A DNA stretch of 64,000 nucleotides from Macrostomum lignano. Lineage: Eukaryota. The DNA is taken from positions 1-64,000 of the forward strand of contig NIVC01003618.1 of NCBI GenBank assembly GCA_002269645.1, written 5' to 3'. Positions within the stretch are counted from its first letter, which is position 1. Every line of letters begins with the position of its first letter. Both the position numbers and the translations under genes were made by a program. Positions 54,311 through 64,000 of the stretch are shown here, one piece after another. A model generated the notes under the pieces. It was not told the DNA's origin and did not search any database. It was given only the letters and a program-made list of their open reading frames with translations.

Positions 54311-54609
54311 CAGAAACAGGTGCATAAAAATACAACTTACCTTTAATGTTTTCGACAAAAGTACAGGTTTCAAGCTTTTATAGAATCAGATGTGGGCTCA
54401 GTCAAAACCAGTCACTTGAAACTCAAATCTCTCTGCTACTACAATTTTTTCAGCACATCTGCGATTCAAAAGTTAGCAAACAAGTCGTTAGCAACTGAGG
54501 GGAAAGCTTGCCAATCCCTGTAGCAATTTGCATCTTTGTTGTTTAAGTTTGAGTCCAAATTTAACCGCTAGCCTCCCGAAATTCGTCTTTTCAAATTTCA
54601 AATTCATGA

Positions 54610-54905
54610 GGGTGTTAGGCGGTTGTGGTTTCGTCCATTCTGCAGGGTGTTAGACAGGCGGTTGTGGTTTTGTCCTTTCTGCAGGGTGTTAGACAGATGG
54701 CTGTGTCCTTTCTGCAGGCTGTTAGACAGATGGCTGTGTCCTTTCTGCAGGCTGTTAGACAGATGGCTGTGTCCTTTCTGCAGGCTGTTAGACAGATGGC
54801 TGTGTCCTTTCTGCAGGGTGTTAGACAGATGGCTGTGTCTTCTGTGCAGGGTGTTAGACAGATGGCTGTGTGTGTCCATTCTGCAGGCGTTAGACAGATG
54901 GCTGT
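54610..54905. repeat. 33-bp minisatellite, copy B (same family as 49395-50025)
   Basis: About 8 units, several identical to copy A. Confidence 0.93.
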
Positions 54906-55413
54906 GTGGCGGCCCTGATCTTCTCACCTGCAGTATACTCACTCAGGCTCTGCGCTTCACTGATTGCAGTCAGGAATCGAACCCGCGAGCTTCAGTGCGT
55001 GGGTGGTGTTGGACTCCGTGATGGGCTGAAGTTCGCATGAACTCAAACATTTCTATTTTAATAAATTTCTATTTTATTAACAGTTCCAAGTCCTTTGAGT
55101 CCTCCATCCGTGACCCGCGTGAATGCCCCACCCGCTGTGAGCGGCAAGACTCAACAAGTCCCGGTGCATCCGCTCCCCGGCAACCCGAACTCTGAGCAAC
55201 TCTGTTTAATAATTGGGATCTGCATTCTGCACTACTTAGAAGTAGTGAATCTTGCAATTTTTATTCGATATGAATACGATTTACAATTCACAAGGAAGCA
55301 CTCAATCTTAATTTTCAATATAATAACTGTTCAGATTTTATCTTTGTAAGTTTTTAAGCTACGTGTGTACTGTAGATTAAGATATGCATGCACCCCAGTC
55401 TTCTTATACTATA

Positions 55414-55555
55414 GCATTTTTCAAACGCCCGCATTGCGTGTTTTTGGTTGGTGAAAGCTTATGGTTTCGACCATAGACAATAAAAACCGTTTAAGTCTTC
55501 CCATCGAATATTTAGTTCCATGCTCGCACTCACTTTCTACTAGCTTGAAAAATGC
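55414..55555. mobile_element. 142-bp MITE-like element; 11-bp TIR GCATTTTTCAA with flanking 9-bp direct repeat TATACTATA (Mutator-like), or a 13-bp TIR with a TA TSD
   Basis: GCATTTTTCAA at 55414-55424 and TTGAAAAATGC at 55545-55555; TATACTATA at 55405-55413 and 55556-55564. Confidence 0.65.
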
Positions 55556-55569
55556 TATACTATATGTTC

Positions 55570-55810
55570 ATTGAGATGTACAGTATACCTACCCATAGTC
55601 TTCTTAAGCTACCATGTGTACATTAAGATGTACATTGTCGCTTTGAACTACACCATATGTACATGGAGATGTACATTGTACCCATGGCTTTCTTGAACTA
55701 CCATTTGTACATTAAGATGTACATTCTACCCCAGCCTTCTTATGCTACCATGTGTGCATTAAGATGTACATTGTACCTTCCTGAACTACCTTGAGTACAT
55801 TGTGAACTAA
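55570..55810. repeat. Old degenerate ~45-bp repeat rich in TGTACA
   Basis: Recurring CTACCATxTGTACATTAAGATGTACATT blocks. Confidence 0.7.
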
Positions 55811-56534
55811 GTAAAAGACAGAAAATGTAAAAAATCATGTTTCTGCTTTCATATTTATTAGACAAATAAACCGCAGAAGTGAGCGAAAGCTGTGAAAATG
55901 TAGAATTTCTATAAAACAGAGAATCTTTAGTTAATACAAAAACCAGACACAACATCCGTAAAAAAGACATTAAAAGTGAAACGCGAACAGAAACTCAGCA
56001 GAAGTGAACAACCTGGTCTAATATCTAGCTAGCTGTGAGGCTGGAGAAGAGTGAAAGTATAAATTCTGTCTGTCATGCTGTGTGAAATGATTCGCAGGTG
56101 CAGCAGCAGGTTAGAGTTGGGGTCACCTTTTGGCACAGCGAGCTACCAGGTGCCGAATACAGAAGCTTTTTTTAAAAGTCATACTGGGGTTTTCGGTTCA
56201 TGCAAAGCTCAATACTTCAGTTGTTTGCAGTGTTAAATAAAATTAATTGTAGCAAAATCGGGAAAGAGAGGCAAGGCACAAAGTGAAGTCAGGCAGTTAG
56301 TTGCGTCTCTGCGGTGAGAGCACTCATCGAACTCTGGTTAGTTTTAGGCGGTCTAAAAATAACCAAAAATGGAACAGAAGCTGTGGAAACTGAGAAATTC
56401 CTAGAAAGCAGCCCAAAATCGATGAGCAATAAAAGTTTTTAAAAAGCTGCAAAACAGGGAACATTGCGCCGCCTTGTGTGAATTGACAAAAGCAGAGTCA
56501 AGGCTGTCTAAGATCTGACCTTCCGTAGTAGGTG

Positions 56535-57230
56535 GGGGGTTGGAGGGTCTGTGGGGATTTGGAGGGTCTGTGGGAGTTTGGAGGGTCTGTGGTGATTTGG
56601 AGGGTCTGTGGTGATTTGGAGGGTCTGTGGTGATTTGGAGGGTCTGTGGGGGGGGGTTTGGAGGGTCTGTGGGGGGTTTGGAGGGGTGTGTAGGGGTTTG
56701 GAGGGGTGTGTAGGGGTTTGGAGGGGTGTGTAGGGGTTTGAAGGGGTGTGTAGGGGTTTGAAGGGGTGTGTAGGGGTTTGGAGGGGTGTGTAGGGGTTTG
56801 GAGGGGTGTGCAGGGGTTTGGAGGGGTGTGTAGGGGTTTGGAGGGGTGTGTAGGGGTTTGGAGGGGTGTGTAGGGGTTTGGAGGGGTGTGTAGGGGTTTG
56901 GAGGGGTGTGTAGGGGTTTGGAGGGGTTTGGAGGGGTGTGTAGGGGTTTGGAGGGGTGTGTAGGGGTTTGGAGGGGTGTGTAGGGGTTTGGAGGGGTGTG
57001 TAGGGGTTTGGAGGGGTGTGTAGGGGTTTGGAGGGGTGTGTAGGGGTTTGGAGGGGTGTGTAGGGGTTTGTAGGGGTGTGTAGGGGTTTGGAGGGGTGTG
57101 TAGGGGTTTGGAGGGGTGTGTAGGGGTTTGGGTGTGTAGAGTCTGTGGGAGTTGGAGGGGGTCTGTGGGGGCCTGAATTGTCTATGGGGGTTTCGAGGGT
57201 CTGTGGGGGTTTGGAGGGGTCTGTGGGGAT
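56535..57230. repeat. G-rich 19-20-bp minisatellite (GAGGGGTGTGTAGGGGTTTG)n just downstream of CFAP77
   Basis: GGGG tracts every 10 nt in the core (~56690-57130), flanked by a GGAGGGTCTGTGG variant. Confidence 0.93.
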
Positions 57231-57426
57231 TTATAGATGTATTATTAAACATCTAGTAAAATTTTAAAGCTTTAAAAAGTGGCTGCTGATAGAGAACTCA
57301 CCACCCACGCATCTGAACCCACAAAGCCCCTTGACGTTCCAGCAGAGCAGCAAACCGAATAGTGAAAAAGCGGCAAAAATCACGTTTCAGGCATAAGCGA
57401 AAAGAAACAGTCAGCAGGCAGCAGTC

Positions 57427-57669
57427 CTACTTGGTGCTGGGGATGTGCAGCCCCAGCCCGCGCGGTCCCATGCGGTCGGTCCGCTCCGCTTCGTGCAGTT
57501 CGAAAGCCAGCGAGCGCTGCCTCTCAGAGCGGAACGTGTCCAGCCGCGATCGGGCGCTGCGTTCGAAGCGCGGCATCTTCCACAGCGAGGCGGAGGTGTG
57601 CTGCTCGGCTGGCAGCAGGTAGGACCGCAGCATGGAGGCCCGGGTCTCGTATGGCTGGCACATCAGCGG
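57427..57669 (-). CDS. CFAP77: CFAP77 (C9orf171) exon 5
   Basis: Acceptor gcccgcag|CCG. PLMCQPYETRASMLRSY...SLWKMPRFERSARSRLDTFRSERQRSLAFELHEAERTDRMG resembles human YETRSSQLRKY..LWHMPHF..HLDTF (recalled from memory). Stop TAG at 57429-57427. Confidence 0.88.
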   Translation of the reverse strand, partial: PLMCQPYETRASMLRSYLLPAEQHTSASLWKMPRFERSARSRLDTFRSERQRSLAFELHEAERTDRMGPRGLGLHIPSTK

Positions 57670-58561
57670 CTGCGGGCATCGGGGGGCGGAGGGGCGGCGA
57701 CCGCGGTAATCTGGTCTGCACGATTCGCTAAGGCACGGAGTAAGCACACGCCTGATAATGAGCACTCTCAGGGAGCGGTTCACCCCGTGTGTACGTGCTC
57801 AGGCAGGTAACACTGGAGACATATAACATGGAAGTGACGCTACTTTAAAAGTGCGTCCCTTGTGGACCAGCTCATGGCTGCGGGCTAGAGGAGGAGACGA
57901 AAGCAGAAGGAATAGAAGAGAGATAAGGAAAGAAGAGATGAGAGATGAGGATGGACATTAACCTCGGGGCCGTAGCCTGGTGATGTGCCGGCGGCCCAAG
58001 GCTCGATTCCGAGTGCATTCGCATAAAATTAGGGCTAAATTTGTCGTGCAATTAACGCCATTTAGGGCGAAACCTCAAGGCACAGTGAAGTGTACATGCC
58101 TAACGATAAATAAAGTCAGGACCTCTGTACACTCCTGTGTGGGTGTGTGCCTGTGGGCATGACTGCCTCCGTATCCTCGCGCTTGTGTGCCTGCTCAGGG
58201 GAGTAATGCCCCTCTCCGGTTGTGTGACAATGTCGCTTTTAAAGTGCGCCAGGACCTGCCTCTAATAAAAAATGGACTTAAAATCTTTGATAAAGGCCCA
58301 GAGGGCCGGATAGAGAGGCTTCTCAGGCTGGAGTTTGCCGACGGAGAAGCGTCACAGTCTGCTCAAAACTTAATTCAGCAATTAAACTGACGACGCTTTA
58401 TTCTATGACGCGCCATCAGTTTGAAATAGTATTTGGTAATTTAGTAAACACAGGTTTGCTTGAGCTCACAACAACCATGGAGCATGGAGCTAGCGGTGTT
58501 GAAACGAGTTTTCCATCATAGACAAACTTCCAAAGCATTTTTTTCCCAGCTGCTTTCTCAC

Positions 58562-58667
58562 CTTCTTGGGCGTGGCGGCCGCCCTGGCCTGGTTCCCGCT
58601 GACCTGATCCCGGATCCAGTCGTTTTGGAACTTGTAGGCGATCAGCTCATGGATTGGCGTGGACGGC
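58562..58667 (-). CDS. CFAP77: CFAP77 exon 4
   Basis: Acceptor aaccgcag|G, donor AAG|gtgaga. RPSTPIHELIAYKFQNDWIRDQ resembles [22 protein letters not shown]. Confidence 0.88.
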
Positions 58668-58738
58668 CTGCGGTTCCGTGGCGGGGGTAGCGGTGATGAA
58701 GGAAGCTGCGTCTGCATACATGGGAGGACTGTCTACAG

Positions 58739-58817
58739 CTGTTCCCAACTCCCTCTCACCTGTTCCCAACTCCCCTCTCACCTGTTCCCAACTCCCCTCT
58801 CACCTGTTCCCAACTCC
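58739..58817 (-). repeat. 22-bp tandem duplication of the CFAP77 exon-3/intron-3 junction (three GTGAGA donors)
   Basis: Minus strand reads GGAGTTGGGAACAG|gtgagagg repeated; donor GT at 58803, 58781 and 58759. Confidence 0.9.
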
Positions 58818-59062
58818 GTGCGCGGCATCCACAGGCGCGCGGCTGGTGGCAGCCCCAGTGCCGGAGGCGCGGCGGTCCCGCTCGGGCTGCTTCCGGTAGT
58901 CGTGCATCGCCCGGAAGTCGCGGTTCTCCCGCATGGTGGCGTAGCCGCTGCGGGCGGCGTCCCGGTTGAGCGACACGAAGTCCTTTGGCTGCTGTTTGGG
59001 GCGGTTGAGTAGCGATGAGGAGCCCGCATTGGCTGCCACGGGAGCGTCCGTCCAAGAAAAGG
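58804..59062 (-). CDS. CFAP77: CFAP77 exon 3
   Basis: Acceptor tcaaccag|CC, donor AAC AG|gtgaga. KDFVSLNRDAARSGYATMRENRDFRAMHDYR resembles [31 protein letters not shown]. Confidence 0.9.
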
Positions 59063-59150
59063 CTGGTTGACGGGTTTAGAGGGTTTGCAATGTTACCAAA
59101 TTGTTATTAAACACTCCTTATAGTTTTGATTTGACTTGTTATTGACCTAC

Positions 59151-59247
59151 CTTTCGGCAGTGCACTGTGGTCCCTGGCGGTGCTGATGCCCATGGTCATA
59201 TTTGGTGGGAAGTGATGGCAGTGGGTCTTCGCTCGGGCCAGCTGCGA
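59151..59247 (-). CDS. CFAP77: CFAP77 exon 2
   Basis: Acceptor attttag|TCG, donor AAA G|gtaggt. SQLARAKTHCHHFPPNMTMGISTARDHSALPK. The 88-nt intron to exon 3 is phase-consistent. Confidence 0.75.
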
Positions 59248-60090
59248 CTAAAATTAATTATTGTGAGATTGGATTGGCTAAATCTGGGATTAAGAAAGTA
59301 AACAGTTTAGTTCATTGTTAAAACATTAAATGCTTAGAATTGATATACCACAGATGGCTTATTTGTTCAATTTATATTATAATGATGTTACTTTTGGAAA
59401 AGCCTTGAAGATTTTAACAAAAAATAAATATCTATGCTTGATAAATTTCTAATGATATTCATACTTGAGAGGAAAATTTCATGTTTTATTATAATTTAAA
59501 ATTAAAGACACTTAGTCTAAGTGGAGCAGAAATATAATTATATCTTTGTATGTTAGCAAAAATAAACACTGTATGCCACTTTTTTGTAGTAAAAAATAGT
59601 CGGAAAAATTTCCATTGCAATCAGACAATTGTCATTTTTTAAAATCACCAAAGCGAGTGGTCGCTTTGGATAAAAAAAGTTCCAGAAAAATTAAAAGTAC
59701 AAGTATTGACTATGATATTTTTTTAATGGAAATAAACTCAAAAGTGAAAACTAATTTTAATTCTTTATTAAACAGAGTGACCTTAATTTATTGATGAGGC
59801 ATGCAGATGTAGCATGCACATTGTTTTTTTTTCAGATTTCATAATTAAGAGAGGCACAGCAAATTAATTTTTTATTGTAACCGTGAAAATCTAAAACAAG
59901 AATGGCTTTCAAAAGTATTTGTGCTAGCGAAAAAAACTAATAAAAACTCACAGCTGTCTAGGCTAAACCCAGGTCAAACCAGTTTCAACAGTAGATAAGC
60001 AAGTAAATTTACACTAGAGTGACTAGATATTTAGTTGACGGCCAGTGGCTCGCTACTAGTACAATACAGCATTTGCTCGTAAAGTCTTAC

Positions 60091-60183
60091 TCTTTGATGT
60101 ATCTCATTTTCCAGCATTGTCGGACGCTTATCGCCTAATACACCTGTCGCAGTATAGGTGTATCTGTCCACTGCCGCCGCCAT
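60091..60183 (-). CDS. CFAP77: CFAP77 exon 1
   Basis: ATG at 60183. MAAAVDRYTYTATGVLGDKRPTMLENEIHQR resembles LGVVRDSMFQNPLIVK. Donor AGA|gtaaga. The five exons total 798 nt (265 aa plus stop). Confidence 0.75.
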
Positions 60184-61779
60184 TCTCTATGCAAACGTGT
60201 TGAATTGAAAGGAGAAATAAATGTCAGGCACAAAAAGTAAAGGCAGTAAGAGTAGGCTTTTAATATTCTGGAATCACAGACCCATGTTGAATTCTCGAGA
60301 AAATATCCCTAGGCAATTAATATTTTACACATATTAAGGCCCCTAATACAATATTAAGTACTTAAAACGTTTTCTAGGAGAAGAAAAACTTACGTTTTTA
60401 CGCAAAACGCATTAGTAAGCTACCGACGTACTAGAATTTGTTTTAGTCTTAGATAAAATATACATAACCCGGCATTAAGTCCTTCTTCTAAATATACTAA
60501 ATCTCTAAGGTTTGTTTGTATGCTTGCTTGTCCATAACGCTCTAGAGATTGCAATTCTTGACCGATTTCCAATATACTAAAAATCAAAACTATGTACCTA
60601 CCTACCTACCTATCTATCTATAGGAACCTTCGTTTAACTTAATTGACTTTGCGTGGTCCGAATTTCGTGGGGTTTGCTGCATTCGATGCGTATTTATGGT
60701 GCGCTGGTACACAAAATTTTGCTAAGAAATTGCTTAAATTTTTCGGGATTAAATATTCGAAAAACTCGATTTTTTGCCCCGTTTTTTTAAGTTCAAACAG
60801 TTTTTTCCGATTGAGGAGCGTTCTGACTGCCGATGGAATTGTATTGCACCATAACTCAGTGCCAACTATAGCATTGGTTCTCTACACTGGCGTGGAAAGC
60901 TACAAGCGTTGAAAGGTTGCGCAACACCTTTAAGTTATTGAAATTGGGAGGAGGGTGTCGCTATTCAATTTGTCCTGGGCATTGCTTGGTTGTTAATTTC
61001 AATGCATCAACTTGCAGGCCTCTCACTGTAGCTGGCGCTGAATGTACACCTTATGAATTTGAATGCTTTAAAGCAGGAATGTTTAATCGTTGTTTGTGCT
61101 TCGAGTTGTTCACTTTCAGAAGAGAGCCTTGTATTGCTGGAAAGAGCTAGAAACGCTGAGTTCGAGAATATAATTTGTTTGCAGAGATTCGAAAAATTAA
61201 AAGCACAGCATTAAAAAGAATATATTTTTATACTTTTTACTGTATATACTGATTGTACGCTCTCTCATATCGCAAACCCCTACTTATCGCAACTCCACAA
61301 TTTAAGCCAGCTATTGAATTTAGATTGAGATTGCGTAACCATATTGTTGACTTTAATTGTTGACTTTATTAATTGAAACTGATATTGACCGCCTGAGAAA
61401 TTGATTGATTATGTCATAACTGCTTCGAGTGATTTCTACTCTATGCTTGGAGTTTTCAAAGTGTTGAAATATATAATTGCTAAAATTCATGTTATCAAAA
61501 CGATAAGAGCTAGCCTAGAAGTGAACAGACTGAACTGCTAATGCAGTGACGTGGGTTCAAATTTTTGAGTGTTAAAGTTTTTTATTAAAAATTTTAATTT
61601 CAAGACAGTTAAAGGAAACTTAAAAAAACGTCAGGTAAATTAGGTAAAAGAGAAGAAGCTACGAGCGTTCATGTAGTATATTCAAAAATTTTATTTAACT
61701 TTAAATTTTGAAAAGTTTTAAAAAGGACTATTCCAATAGATAAGAAATTAATTATTGTAATAGCTGACGAAATTGTTTC

Positions 61780-64000
61780 ACAATCTTGCTGGGGGTACTT
61801 TCTATCAGGGGATGCTTGCTATCGGAAGGACGCTTGCTTTTGGGAATGCTTGCTCGGGGGAGATTGCTAACTGGGGGAATCACTGAGATGTCAAGGCTTG
61901 GCGGAGAAATTCCTGAGATGTCAAGTCTTAGAGGGAGGGAGGGAATTGCTGAGATGTCAAGGCTTCGGGGGAATCACTGAGATGTCAAGGCTTCGGGGGA
62001 ATCACTGAGATGTCAAGGCTTGGTAGGGAAATTCCTGAGACGTCAAGTCTCAGAGGGGGGGAATTGCTGAGATGTCAAGTCTTAGAGGGGGGGGGATTGC
62101 TGGGATGTCAAGTCTTAGAGGGGGGAATTGCTGGGATGTCAAGTCTTAGAGGGGGGAATTGCTGAGATGTCAAGTCTTAGAGGGGGGGGGGAATTGCTGA
62201 GATGTCAAGTCTTAGAGGGAGGGAGGGAATTGCTGAGATGTCAAGGCTTCGGGGGAATCACTGAGATGTCAAGGCTTTGGACGGTTAGAAATCGCTAAGA
62301 TTTCAAGAGTTACTGAGGGAATTACTGAGATGTCAATGCTTAAGAGGGACTTGCTGAGATGCCAAGGCTTGGTGGGGAAATTCCTGAGATGTCAAGTCTT
62401 GGGGGGGGGGAATTGCTGAGATGCCAAGGCTTGAGGGCGAATTGCTGAGATGTGAAGGCTTGGGGGAATTTCCGAGATGTCAATGCTTGGTGGGGAAATT
62501 CCTGAGAAGTCAAGTCTTAGAAGGGGGAATCTGTGAGATATCAAGTCTAAGGGGGGGGGGGAATTGCTGAGATGTGAAGGCTTGGGGGAATTTCCGAGAT
62601 GTCAATGCTTGGTGGGGAAATTCCTGAGAAGTCAAGTCTTAGAAAGGGGAATCTGTGAGATATCAAGTCTAAGGGGGGGGAATTGCTGAGATGTGAAGGC
62701 TTGGGGGAATTTCTGAGATGTCAAAATCTTAGGGAAGGGAATTGCAGAGATTTCAAGTCCTGAGGGCGAATTGCTGAGATGTCATGTCTTTGGGGGGAAT
62801 TCTATGGATTGGGGATTCTTTGAATGAGGGAGGGGTGCTTCTAATATATATATTTGGATAGTGATTCATTGGGGAATTCCTTCTTTGGGGGATTATTATT
62901 TCGATGGAGGGTTCTTTGAATGGGGGATTCTTTAGATGAAGGCTTCTTTCTATAGAGTGATCCTTTGGATATGAGATTATTTGGGGGGGGGGGGTTCTTT
63001 ATGAGGGGATTCTTTGGATGGGGAGTATTTCGACGGTGGTTCTTTAGATGAGGGGATTCTTTGGCCAAGGATTCTTTTGATGGGGGATTTTTTGAATGGG
63101 AGATTCTTAAGAGGGGGAGTCTTTGGATAGGGATGAATGGGGGATTCTTTGGATAGGGATGGATGGGGGTTCTTTGGATAGGGATGGATGGGGGTTCTTT
63201 GGATAGGGATGGATGGGGGGTTATTTGGATAGGGATGGATGGGGGTTCTTTGGATAGGGATGGATGGGGGGTTCTTTGGATGAGGGATTCTTTGGACGGG
63301 GATTCTGTGGAGTTCAAGTCTTAGGGGGGGGGGGGATTGCTGAGATGTCAACGCTTTTGACTGGGAGAAATTTTTAAGATGTAAAGGAATACATCTACTG
63401 TATTCTGAGATATTACTGAGATATTACTGAGGCCAATTACTGAGATATAAAGGCTTACTGGGTGAATTACTGAGATTTCACTGCTTAATGGGAAATTCCT
63501 TAGATGTCAAGTCTTACAGAGGGGAATTGCTGAGATGGCAAGACTTACTGGGGAATTACTGAGATATAAAGGCTTACTGGGTGAATTACTGAGATTTCAT
63601 TGCTTAATGGGAAATTCCTTAGATGTCAAGTCTTACAGAGGGGAATCGCTGAGATGGCAAGACTTACTGGGGGAATTACTGAGATATAAAGGCTTACTGG
63701 GTGAATTACTGAGATTTCATTGCTTAATGGGAAATTCCTTAGATGTCAAGTCTTACAGAGGGGAATTGCTGAGATGGCAAGACTTACTGGGGGAATTACT
63801 GAGATATAAAGGCTTACTGGGGAATTTCTGAGATGTCAAGGCGTGGGGGAAGTTCTGAGATGTCAAGGCGTGGGAGGAATCACTGAGATGTCGAGACTTT
63901 AGACGGGGAGAAATTGCTAAGATGTCAAGTCTTAGGGGGGGGGGAATTACTGAGATGTCAAGGCTTAAGGGTAATTTTTGAAATGTTAAGTCTTGGGGAG
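61780..64000. repeat. Degenerate ~28-32-bp G-rich minisatellite (CTGAGATGTCAAGTCTTAGAGGGGGGAATTG)n with a nested ~25-bp array (TTCTTTGGATAGGGATGGATGGGGG)n at ~62810-63310
   Basis: Runs to the window edge; an ~119-bp higher-order repeat occurs at 63440-63800. Confidence 0.9.

Noticed and set aside
59648-59669. Perfect 9-bp stem-loop CCAAAGCGA-GTGG-TCGCTTTGG as a Helitron 3' end or terminator
   Set aside because: No CTRR terminus on either strand; an isolated hairpin in CFAP77 intron 1.
60643-61150. Short ORFs upstream of CFAP77, including CTPYEFEC (LDLa-like)
   Set aside because: The Cys spacing and acidic DxSDE motif of LDLa are absent; no coherent exon structure.

Overview
This is eukaryotic (metazoan) genomic DNA in which GC-rich exons sit between about 40 micro- and minisatellite arrays, with one 261-nt N gap. 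That architecture resembles the flatworm Macrostomum lignano (inference only, not verified). Four genes can be reconstructed with canonical, phase-consistent splice sites. (1) A Zic/odd-paired C2H2 transcription factor on the minus strand: exons 2193-1452 and 515-321, with ZF4-5 beyond the left edge. (2) A lipin/Pah1 phosphatidate phosphatase on the plus strand: 24237-24421 and 25094-27355, with a 1-nt frameshift near codon 12. (3) A divergent two-exon DEG/ENaC-family channel subunit on the plus strand: 41257-42567 and 43539-44591. (4) A five-exon CFAP77 (C9orf171) ciliary microtubule-inner-protein gene on the minus strand: 60183-57427. Two short TIR elements are also present: a hAT-type MITE with a perfect 8-bp TSD, and a 142-bp element with an apparent 9-bp TSD. 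A ~335-bp imperfect hairpin lies after lipin. Most long ORFs in the supplied track are translations of repeats. I found no CRISPR array, rRNA, tRNA or autonomous transposon, and no clearly new multi-gene system. The best leads are the ENaC subunit (HG motif lost, apparent paired loss of thumb disulfides), AP-1-motif minisatellites upstream of Zic, a triplicated splice donor in CFAP77, inverted satellite arrays bracketing the ENaC last exon, and cryptic plus-strand exons in the 22-kb Zic-lipin interval.
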